Below, in pieces: positions 15,857 to 23,155 of a stretch of DNA of 32,000 nucleotides. The first letter of the stretch is position 1. Each line of letters starts with the position of its first letter. The notes below the pieces were generated by a model. It was not told the DNA's origin. It worked only from the letters and a program-made list of their open reading frames with translations, and did no database searches. Position numbers and translations under genes: made by a program. The stretch comes from Candidatus Scalindua sp. (GTDB lineage: Bacteria; Planctomycetota; Brocadiia; Brocadiales; Scalinduaceae). Location: the NCBI GenBank assembly GCA_031316235.1, contig JALDRA010000001.1, positions 1,320,001 through 1,352,000 of the forward strand, read 5' to 3'.

Positions 15857-16105
15857 TTATCTGTTTTGACAGGACTGAGAAATTAACCGGAGCTCTTCAT
15901 TCTGCATCTCCAGCTCAATCTGGTGCACCTGAAGCTCGTGAGCCAGCCTGCGTACTTTTCCATCTGAGAGCTTCTCTATTGGTATAATAGAGGGATCGAG
16001 GCTTGCTTCTGCTTTTTTTCTCAGACCGGAAACGGTTTTTTCTGAATTTGAATCTCTTTCTTTATTCAGTCCTTTTAAGCGCAGACTAACTGCTGAATCT
16101 CGAAG
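15857..16105 (-). pseudogene. Start-less N-terminal fragment of a second PAS-type sensor/activator gene
   Basis: - The open frame ...LRKKAEASLDPSIIPIEKLSDGKVRRLAHELQVHQIELEMQNEELRLISQSCQNR* has no start codon.
- 15893-15955 is a close nucleotide copy of 15267-15329 inside the intact activator gene (CTCATTCTGCATCTCCAGCTCAATCTGGTGCACCTG).
- The frame stops immediately after the motif. Confidence 0.6.
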
Positions 16106-16270
16106 TTATTACAGAATATCTCAACAGAGAGAAAGCGGGAATAGTTCCCGTTTATTGCGTATAAGCAGATAACAGGAAACTCCTTCACTCTATAGATTCT
16201 TAAAATGTTGTGAAATCATTACCATAATTCAAGGTTTTTTGGAGGTCTGATGGACCGGAAAAACAACTTT

Positions 16271-16324
16271 TATGTAGCCATTTACGTGACTATAGCCGTT
16301 TGCACAAGTGTAGCATGCTACACT
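16271..16324. promoter_or_regulatory. Array Y: three tandem 18-bp dyad repeats (candidate activator UAS)
   Basis: The units are TATGTAGCCATTTACGTG, ACTATAGCCGTTTGCACA and AGTGTAGCATGCTACACT. The third is a perfect 18-bp palindrome. The array is homologous in inverted orientation to 13443-13496. Confidence 0.5.
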
Positions 16325-16552
16325 TTATCCTGCTTTGCGGATATCCTTACCCCCTTTAGAGATACCTCTCAGGACACCATGCCTGCTTTCGTTATGGTTT
16401 ACACTGCACTCTTCCCTGCACTCCTGACCTCCTCTTGCAAAGCATTCCATGATTATTTAACTTATTATTCCAGTTTGAGTTAATGAGCGAAATTGATTTA
16501 CTGAGTACAAAATGAATCTCTCCTGTTTTTCATAGATGCCACCATTTACCCC

Positions 16553-16581
16553 AGTAGCTCCACCGGTATAGCTACTTTTTT
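16553..16581 (+). terminator. Hairpin plus T5 (intrinsic-terminator-like) about 40 nt upstream of P_Y
   Basis: AGTAGCT-ccaccggtat-AGCTACT followed by TTTTT. The half-sites also resemble the TAGC/GCTA core of the dyad arrays, so a protein-binding role is an alternative. Confidence 0.4.
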
Positions 16582-16619
16582 CCCGGCAGAGTAATTACCG
16601 TACGGAAATATTTCAATGT

Positions 16620-16634
16620 TGGCATGTATTTTGT
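16620..16634 (+). promoter_or_regulatory. Candidate -24/-12 (sigma-54-type) promoter P_Y, reading towards the zinc-ribbon gene
   Basis: TGGCAT-GTATT-TTGT. It sits inside the 20-mer TTGGCATGTATTTTGTTATG, which is shared with 13092-13111 (minus strand). Confidence 0.45.
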
Positions 16635-16635
16635 T

Positions 16636-16685
16636 ATGGATCAGCTATGGATCAGCTATGGATCAGCTATGGATCAGCTATGGAA
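16636..16685 (+). repeat. Tandem repeat: 11-bp unit ATGGATCAGCT x 4 plus a partial fifth
   Basis: Four perfect head-to-tail copies are read directly. Each holds a GATC and an AUGGAU (GGA) motif. The array lies between P_Y and the SD of the gene starting at 16733. Confidence 0.95.
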
Positions 16686-16732
16686 CACGCCCTCAAGACT
16701 CAAGTCAAAATAGAACACGTAAGGAATTATCA

Positions 16733-16978
16733 ATGAAAAAGACTCATAAAAGGTTAAACGCAAAGAGAAAAAACAGGGAAACAAAAATCAAATCTGATAA
16801 TTGTGATTTTCGTGTAAGTAAACGTGACAAGATGAGGGTATGTTTAAAATGCGGAAAACAATTTTCCAGTAAAGGACCCCATAATCGTATATGTGTTAAA
16901 TGTGATTTGGTTAATCTAAGAACAGGTACAACCACTTATTCATTATGGTTGAGGCTTGCAGAAGTTACGGAATTCTAG
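16733..16978 (+). CDS. Small basic zinc-ribbon protein (81 aa)
   Basis: - ATG at 16733 with AAGGA 7 nt upstream.
- Lys/Arg-rich N-terminus.
- CLKCG-x14-CVKC four-Cys knuckle pair.
- The track ORF from 16616 runs through the tandem repeat and is probably a spurious extension. Confidence 0.6.
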   Translation: MKKTHKRLNAKRKNRETKIKSDNCDFRVSKRDKMRVCLKCGKQFSSKGPHNRICVKCDLVNLRTGTTTYSLWLRLAEVTEF

Positions 16979-17116
16979 AATAACAGGCAGTATGAGTTCT
17001 CTTAAACTTTCAAAGAGATACCTGCGATAAATCAGACGAATCCCCAGGTCTGTTTAGATAATTTATCCCGGAGACTTGCAGTTGCGATATGTGTTTCGAA
17101 TCATGGCGTATGTTTT

Positions 17117-17274
17117 ACTACTAAGAGTATAAAACAGTTTTACAGTCATTACACCCCTGATTCAGCGATGTATCTCAGCCTTTGCTGGAAAATATGATGT
17201 CGCTTCTTTTATTCAGAATGAGAGGGGCTGAAAAGTTCAGGAGTGCATGTAAACTAAATTTTACTCTTAGTAGT
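17117..17274. repeat. Element E: 158-bp segment bounded by ~26-bp imperfect inverted repeats
   Basis: ACTACTAAGAGTATAAAACAGTTTTAC (17117-17143) pairs with the reverse complement of GTAAACTAAATTTTACTCTTAGTAGT (17249-17274). The inner complementary segments are CCCCT...AGGGG. Only one copy is present in the window. Confidence 0.6.
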
Positions 17275-17376
17275 TTTTGAATTGGGCAACTCTTGATCAG
17301 AATTGCACTCCCTGGAAGAGGTTAATGCCGCGCTTTATGGATCCATGCCGCACATTACGAGAGAGACAAAAAAAAC

Positions 17377-17474
17377 GAAGCGAGTAAAGTCCTCGGCACT
17401 TTTTGTCCGGGGATACCTTCACCAGGATTTGGTTTCCGGTAAAACCGGAAACCAAATCGGTTTTAGTATATTAC
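17377..17474 (+). repeat. Family-A element, copy A5 (left arm missing; middle module plus a perfect 15-bp right hairpin)
   Basis: GAAGCGAGTAAAGTCCTCGGCACTTTTTGTCCGGGGATACCTTCACCAGGATTTGGTTTCCGGTAAAACCGGAAACCAAATCGGTTTTAGTATATTAC. Confidence 0.85.
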
Positions 17475-17600
17475 TTCTCGATGGCAGATAATCAGGACGC
17501 TATCCTACCGAATAGTGGCCTCGCTTTATGAGACACATCTCTCCTCATGTAACCAGAAAATAATCTGCTGTTAACGATTTTTTCTGTTATAATCAGCGTA

Positions 17601-17737
17601 TGAACGAAAACTACTCATCTACGGCGTTGCTGCAATAATGACGTAATCCTCACGTACATAATAAGTACGCTCCGGTTACGTAATTATTTCGCGACTTGTG
17701 CCTGGGCAGTTTTCATCAATCGCGGGATTTTCGTTCA
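17601..17737 (+). repeat. Family-B palindromic element, copy B1
   Basis: - Terminal inverted repeats TGAACGAAAA...TTTTCGTTCA.
- Internal long stem AATAATGACGTAATCC / GGTTACGTAATTATT.
- Homologous over ~137 bp to 24722-24860. Confidence 0.8.
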
Positions 17738-17974
17738 CACACCAGGTACCATAAAATATGCGATATTTTTTTCTGGTGAAACAAAGTGCTGCCAGGAATC
17801 TAAAGAGGCGGATCCAATGAGGCTTTTTGTAATTTCCCCCGGATAACCGTCTCTACGTGTGACCTCTTTATACTATAACGACCAGTAATATGACGCACTG
17901 TTCTGAAGCGGAAAATTCCAGGAGATAAAATTTTTCGCTTCGAGAAATCTAACAGTAACCGGTGAGAAAAAAAA

Positions 17975-19165
17975 ATGCGAGACATGCTCCGTAAAGAAGT
18001 AACCAGAATACTTGAGAATGCAATCAGATTAAGGCATCAGTTCCATCAGATACCTGAAAGGTCGTTTAAAGAAAAAAAAACAGCAGAATTGATTGCACAG
18101 GAACTGAGAAAAATGGGACTCACTATTGAAGATGGATTTTTCGGAACAGGTATTGCCGCGACCATAAAGGGGAAACGGCCCGGAAACACCATCGCCCTGC
18201 GAGCTGACATGGACGCACTTAACATTGAAGAGAAAACCTCAAAACCGTACAGCTCCAGACATAAAGGTTTTTCACACTGCTGCGGTCATGATGGGCACAT
18301 CGTCTGTACATTAGAAGCAACCAGGATACTTGTCAGACTGAAGAAACAGCTGGCGGGAAGTGTGAGGGTCGTTTTTCAACCTGGAGAAGAAAACGGTACA
18401 GGTGCGCGGGCAATGATAGACGCTGGTGCATTGGGCAACCCGTTACCGACTGCAATTTTCGCGTTACATGCATGGCCTCATCTGGAATCGGGTGTTGTTG
18501 CTTCAAAATCCGGTCTGATAACCTCTGCAATTGATTATTTCCGTATCACTGTAAAAGGGAAAGGCGGTCATGGGGCGCGGCCTCATGAAAGTATCAGTCC
18601 GATTATAGGTATTTCACGCATAGCACAGAAGATAAGTGAGCTTACCCGGAAAGGTGATCGCAACAAACCTCCCTGTGTCGTAAGTGTCGGAATGATACAG
18701 GGAGGCAAAGAGCCAAATGTCATACCTGACCGTGCATCTCTCGAAGGTACGATCCGGTCTCTGAATGAAACAGACCGTCAGCAGACAGTTGATAAATTCA
18801 AGAAAGCGGTGAAGAAAATCTGCACTGAAGAGCGCTTGGGCGTCGACATCGATTTCCTGAAATATGGCCCCCCCGTACATAACCATCCGGATCTGTACCA
18901 TCTGTTCGAAAAGGTTGGAGAAGAGCTCCTGATCCCTGAAAAACGGGCGTATATCACCGAACAGAGTATGGGGTCAGAAGATTTTGGAAATTTTACAAAC
19001 CTCCTCCCCGGCCTTCTCATTCGATTAGGAATGGGAAAGTCTTCACCACAGCTTCATACAAGCAGATTTGATTTTTGTGATGGATCTCTTGAGTCAGGAA
19101 TCACGATACTGGCTGGTCTGGCAATGAAGGCAACACAAAGTGATTGGAAGATCAGTACAGGATAA
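17975..19165 (+). CDS. M20D-family amidohydrolase (N-acyl-amino-acid / hippurate hydrolase-like)
   Basis: - Metal-binding motif HCCGHDGH (family HACGHD-H).
- QPGEE.
- Dimerisation-domain pattern KGKGGHGARPHE.
- GSEDF near the C-terminus.
- GGTGAG 8 nt upstream of the ATG. Confidence 0.85.
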   Translation: MRDMLRKEVTRILENAIRLRHQFHQIPERSFKEKKTAELIAQELRKMGLTIEDGFFGTGIAATIKGKRPGNTIALRADMDALNIEEKTSKPYSSRHKGFSHCCGHDGHIVCTLEATRILVRLKKQLAGSVRVVFQPGEENGTGARAMIDAGALGNPLPTAIFALHAWPHLESGVVASKSGLITSAIDYFRITVKGKGGHGARPHESISPIIGISRIAQKISELTRKGDRNKPPCVVSVGMIQGGKEPNVIPDRASLEGTIRSLNETDRQQTVDKFKKAVKKICTEERLGVDIDFLKYGPPVHNHPDLYHLFEKVGEELLIPEKRAYITEQSMGSEDFGNFTNLLPGLLIRLGMGKSSPQLHTSRFDFCDGSLESGITILAGLAMKATQSDWKISTG

Positions 19166-19170
19166 TAAAC

Positions 19171-20286
19171 GTGGAACCATTTAAACAAAACAGTTTTCCG
19201 ACATTGGGAGTGGAAGAAGAATTCCACTTGATAGCTCCAGAAACAGCAGAACTTGTACCGGCTGTTAATGAGGTCATGGAGCACCTTGATGCTGATATGC
19301 AGGAGAGAGTATGCTACGAACTCCTTCAGTGCGTTATAGAGAACCGCACGGGTGTTTATCAAACAGCAGATGAACTCATCGAAAATATATCCCGGGGGAG
19401 AACTCTCCTTGCAGAGTGCTGTAACGCACGCAACATAAACCTTGTCGCCAGTGGCAGCCATCCTTTCAGCAACTGGAAGAGGCAGCCTTTTATAGAAACA
19501 GAGCATTACCGATGGGTTCGTGACAATCATGGATATATTGCTAATCGCATGCTCGCCTTCGGACTGCACATCCATGTCGGGGTGTACAATGAGGAGATTG
19601 CCATTTATGTAATGAACGAAATGAAACGATGGACTTATCCTTTACTCGCCCTCTCGGCAAACTCTCCCTACTATGATGGTATGGAAACCGGACTGGATTC
19701 CACACGGACACATCTTTTCCACTCTATGCCCAGGACTAAATTTGCACCGCACTTTACATCATTTCCCGAACTTGTTGCGTATTATGAAAAACTTCTTGCC
19801 GCTGGTGATATTACCCGGCCTGGTGATCTATGGTGGATCATACGTCCTCAACCCCCGTTTGGTACTGTTGAGTTCCGAATCTTCGATCTTCCTACATCTG
19901 TTCGCCGTATAGGTGCATTTGCCGCCATTTTGCAGGCGGCTGTCGCTACCTACCAGGACGCTTTCCTGGCAGGTAAGCCTTCTACTGTTTTCCATTCAGG
20001 ATATCTTGAACAGAATTGGTGGTCAGCGGTCAGCAAGGGACTGAAAGGAAATATGGTTGAGCCGGAAACGGGTGAAGTCCTTACCACACCCTGTCAGCTG
20101 AACCGCCTGTTGAATTTTGTCTCTCCGAAGGGAAAAGCGCTCAACACTGAACGGCATCTTGATTTTGCAGGAAACATGATTGAAGAGGGAAACGAGGCAG
20201 AGCTACAGAGAGTTATCTATCAGCAGTGCGGAAGAGATTTTCGCGCACTTGAGCTGATACTGGCTAAACAAACGGTTCAGCCGTAA
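19171..20286 (+). CDS. ybdK: Carboxylate-amine ligase, glutamate-cysteine ligase family 2 (YbdK-like)
   Basis: - N-terminal FPTLGVEEEFHL, then GSHPF, FGLHIHVG, ALSANSPY and WW-IRP...VEFRI, all typical of GCS2/YbdK.
- There is no ATG near the 5' end.
- GTG at 19171 has AGGA 8 nt upstream and lies 5 nt after the M20 stop.
- The alternative TTG at 19144 overlaps the M20 gene by 22 nt. Confidence 0.8.
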   Translation: MEPFKQNSFPTLGVEEEFHLIAPETAELVPAVNEVMEHLDADMQERVCYELLQCVIENRTGVYQTADELIENISRGRTLLAECCNARNINLVASGSHPFSNWKRQPFIETEHYRWVRDNHGYIANRMLAFGLHIHVGVYNEEIAIYVMNEMKRWTYPLLALSANSPYYDGMETGLDSTRTHLFHSMPRTKFAPHFTSFPELVAYYEKLLAAGDITRPGDLWWIIRPQPPFGTVEFRIFDLPTSVRRIGAFAAILQAAVATYQDAFLAGKPSTVFHSGYLEQNWWSAVSKGLKGNMVEPETGEVLTTPCQLNRLLNFVSPKGKALNTERHLDFAGNMIEEGNEAELQRVIYQQCGRDFRALELILAKQTVQP

Positions 20287-20291
20287 TGAAA

Positions 20292-22814
20292 TTAATCCCG
20301 GTTTCCATACGTTTTAACAACCGCTCTCTTTTCGATTTTTTTCATTAAAATCTTCATATCTGCACTTCCCGGTTCGGCAAATTTTTCCCCGACTTGATAT
20401 TGAAAGATAATGCTGACGCTTTCGTTATACATATCCTCCGTCAGTTTTGTCAGGTCCAATGCCCTCACATCTGTATTGCTCAGCAAAAAGGTTATCTGAT
20501 CGAAGAGAACACTGGTAGAGACACCCGAGTGAACAAAAGAATGTTGGTCAAGAAAGCCTTTAATTGTTTCAATAAAATCAAGTGCCTGAGATATCTGTCT
20601 CTGGATAAGCAGAATTGTATCTTCTAAATTTTTCCTGGTAACCATGGAGCTTTTCAAGAAATCTATCTGCGGATTTGTGACTTTACTTACGGTATTATTT
20701 TTGCTCCTTTTCTTCGATGATATGCGAGACTCAATGTCACTCACCTTTTCAATCAGTTGATCAAACTTTCTTTCTGTCTCTTTGAAGTTTGATATCTTTC
20801 CAAAATATCTTGTATCCTTCAATTCCCGATAAAAGACGACCAGCTCCTCCAGGTAAGTGTCCAGTTCTCTTCCACTCAGGGAGAGAAAATCAGGTTCATC
20901 CTTGAAAGTTTCGGTTTCCCGGATCTGCTTTTCCGTCTTGAGAATATTTTGAATTCCGGTCTTTATATTCATGATATATCTGTACGTTTCGTTCTGGCTC
21001 AACTCCAGTGGTATCGAAGGTGCCGATTCAGATTTCTTCTGTGTCGAACTGTTTTTTATGGTAATAATGCTTTCCAGTTTATCAATAGTCTCTACAATCC
21101 GGGTGTACGTATCTTCTTTTAAAGGTTTATCATGAAGAAGTTTCTGTAAATCATTCAAGATTCCCTGTACCGTTTTCTCTTCTTTCTTTGTTTTGAATTT
21201 AACCAATTTGCTGAGCTCGCTGAAAAAAAAGACAAACTTGTTCTTCCTGTTGAAAATATCCCTGAATTGCTCTTGAATGTCTTTTCCACGTTCAACATCT
21301 GTAATTAATTTTTTTAATTCGCTCAATGCAACTGACAAATTGGTGAGAAAAGGAATATTCATCTTTGCATCAACATAAGCATTTACACCGGAATTTGTCT
21401 TCAATTCAGAAATTTTCCGAATAGCATCTTTTACCTTTGCAAGAAGTTTATGAACTTCCTCTCGCTGCCTGGTTGTGATCATCTCTTTTTCCGGAGATTT
21501 CACCTCTTGTGATGACTCTGGAGGTGCAGCTAAAACGGATTTTGCATAGCTTCTTATGGTCTCAACAAAGCTTTTTGCTTTCTTTTCCGGTACCACTTTT
21601 TCCTCTTGAACTTCACCTGTGCCTCCCGCATCGGCATCCTGATTTGACAGAGAGTCAACGTATTCCAGCAAATTCACCATCGAAGAGAGAATTTCCTGAA
21701 AGTTATTTCTCAGTAAAGGATGATGAGAAATTAATTTCAAGTTCCTCAATTCATGATAATTTGAATCGAGATTGTTTTGTTCATTCTGAAAATCACTTTT
21801 GTTTTTCAATAATTTCTCGTGGAGCTCCTGGCCGAATTTTTCCACACAATCCGCATACGATAAAAAGAGGCCGAACTCTTCGAGAAATTTCAGATGGCTG
21901 TCAAGACTTTTTGAAGCAGAATAAATATAACTATCGTAAGCGGGAAGCGATTTCCAGTTATTTTTTTCGATAATATGTTCAAGCCTTAAGAGATCGACGA
22001 AGAGATCGTTATTATATAACAGTGGATTCGCTTCATCACCAATCCGTTCAAACAGTTCAGTAAAAAGTCCAAGACTATCGATATTGTCTTCTACCGCTTT
22101 CAGGTCCTCTTCCTGTGCAGAAAAAATCCTGTATTTAAAATAGTGCTGCTCCAAATCCAGCATAAGGACCAGTGTGATAAAGTTCATGTGCAGAAATATC
22201 TCTTTCAGCCCCGCACTGGTATAGACTTTGTTCTTTGTCTCAATTATATTAAACCGCAGTTCACTTCCCAGCGTCTCTGTCGTTAAAGGTATACCATCAT
22301 CAATTAAAAAGTCTCCCAGTCTCCCTGTATACCTTTCGCATGATTCGGCTGTGGTAACGTAATTACAGCGGGTATAATCGGGTTTAAAATCATTCAACTG
22401 TTTTTTCTCTTTCTCATCGATGATCAGCAGGTTACTCGCACCCTGTGTAATTGCTTTTCTGCAATGCAGCACTACATGCCGTTTCATGAGAAACCGGATC
22501 AGCTCTTCCACTTCGGTTGGAGTCGCAACAAAGCGGGCTTCAACCAGACCACTTTCTTCTATCGTGCTGTAATCTTTAATCTTCCCTTTAAGAAAGAGAT
22601 GCCTGGATATAATTTTGAGGGTTTTTTCAAATGAAGTCTTTACAACCTTTCCTTTAAAAGTAACGTAAAACATTTTTAACGGTTCTGCCATTACCCTGTT
22701 TCTTGTTTTTTCTTTAATTGCAGCTATTTGTGAACGTACAATTTCAGAGGTGTGATACTTCTTTCTCAATAACTCATAATAAAAATTCTTCGTATCCGGT
22801 GTCTTCATATCCAT
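20292..22814 (-). CDS. Large orphan protein (840 aa): K/E/N-rich, predominantly helical, no recognised domain
   Basis: - Uninterrupted 2.5-kb ORF.
- No Walker, HExxH, TM or signal motif seen.
- Visibly more AT-rich than its neighbours.
- Converges on ybdK, with only 5 bp between the stop codons. Confidence 0.7.
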   Translation of the reverse strand: MDMKTPDTKNFYYELLRKKYHTSEIVRSQIAAIKEKTRNRVMAEPLKMFYVTFKGKVVKTSFEKTLKIISRHLFLKGKIKDYSTIEESGLVEARFVATPTEVEELIRFLMKRHVVLHCRKAITQGASNLLIIDEKEKKQLNDFKPDYTRCNYVTTAESCERYTGRLGDFLIDDGIPLTTETLGSELRFNIIETKNKVYTSAGLKEIFLHMNFITLVLMLDLEQHYFKYRIFSAQEEDLKAVEDNIDSLGLFTELFERIGDEANPLLYNNDLFVDLLRLEHIIEKNNWKSLPAYDSYIYSASKSLDSHLKFLEEFGLFLSYADCVEKFGQELHEKLLKNKSDFQNEQNNLDSNYHELRNLKLISHHPLLRNNFQEILSSMVNLLEYVDSLSNQDADAGGTGEVQEEKVVPEKKAKSFVETIRSYAKSVLAAPPESSQEVKSPEKEMITTRQREEVHKLLAKVKDAIRKISELKTNSGVNAYVDAKMNIPFLTNLSVALSELKKLITDVERGKDIQEQFRDIFNRKNKFVFFFSELSKLVKFKTKKEEKTVQGILNDLQKLLHDKPLKEDTYTRIVETIDKLESIITIKNSSTQKKSESAPSIPLELSQNETYRYIMNIKTGIQNILKTEKQIRETETFKDEPDFLSLSGRELDTYLEELVVFYRELKDTRYFGKISNFKETERKFDQLIEKVSDIESRISSKKRSKNNTVSKVTNPQIDFLKSSMVTRKNLEDTILLIQRQISQALDFIETIKGFLDQHSFVHSGVSTSVLFDQITFLLSNTDVRALDLTKLTEDMYNESVSIIFQYQVGEKFAEPGSADMKILMKKIEKRAVVKTYGNRD

Positions 22815-23030
22815 TCACACTATACCTTCTAAGAAGTTCAAAAATAATTACAGGTAGCTCTCAAAAGAATACATTTCACTAAAGAGGTTTTCAGAGAGTA
22901 ATACCCCGGCAGCTCCAGAAAAAAAGCTGCTGTTCATTCCAGCCAGGAAGGCCCATTCATATTCCACATATTCTGATTTAATTTATCCTCTTTGTCAATT
23001 ATCTTTTCTCTGGAATGTTTTGTCTTTCAG

Positions 23031-23144
23031 GTACACGAAAACCGATTTGGTTTTGGATTTTCCTAAAAACCAAGGCCTGGTTGCCGGTATACTCGCTCAG
23101 TTTTTTCTCGAATTTTACCCGAAATCCAGTATGAGATGAGTATA
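23031..23144 (-). repeat. Family-A element, copy A6 (no middle module; divergent hairpin loops)
   Basis: - The reverse complement reads TATACTCATCTCATACTGGATTTCGGGTAAAATTCGAGAAAAAACTGAGCGAGTATACCGGCAACCAGGCCTTGGTTTTTAGGAAAATCCAAAACCAAATCGGTTTTCGTGTAC.
- It starts 11 nt after the K+ channel stop codon, in sense orientation. Confidence 0.8.
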
Positions 23145-23155
23145 AGATGAGCATA

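Noticed and set aside
16250-16483. A 77-aa hydrophobic ORF (MDRKNNFYVAIYVTIAVCTSVACYTL...) overlapping the Y dyad array. It has GGAGG 4 nt upstream and a hairpin-T5 about 70 nt downstream.
   Set aside because: The paralogous X copy (13261-13540, minus strand) has no start codon and stops after ~40 codons. The most conserved part is an 18-bp-periodic palindromic DNA signal, not a protein pattern. I cannot fully exclude a real small membrane protein, so it is kept as the alternative in the first finding.
16616-16732. The upstream ATG at 16616 extending the zinc-ribbon ORF to 120 aa.
   Set aside because: The extension is translated from the 11-bp tandem repeat (WISYG... repeats) and overlaps the promoter-like box. 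The internal ATG at 16733 has an AAGGA SD. The frame-through is noted as a possible phase-variation feature only.
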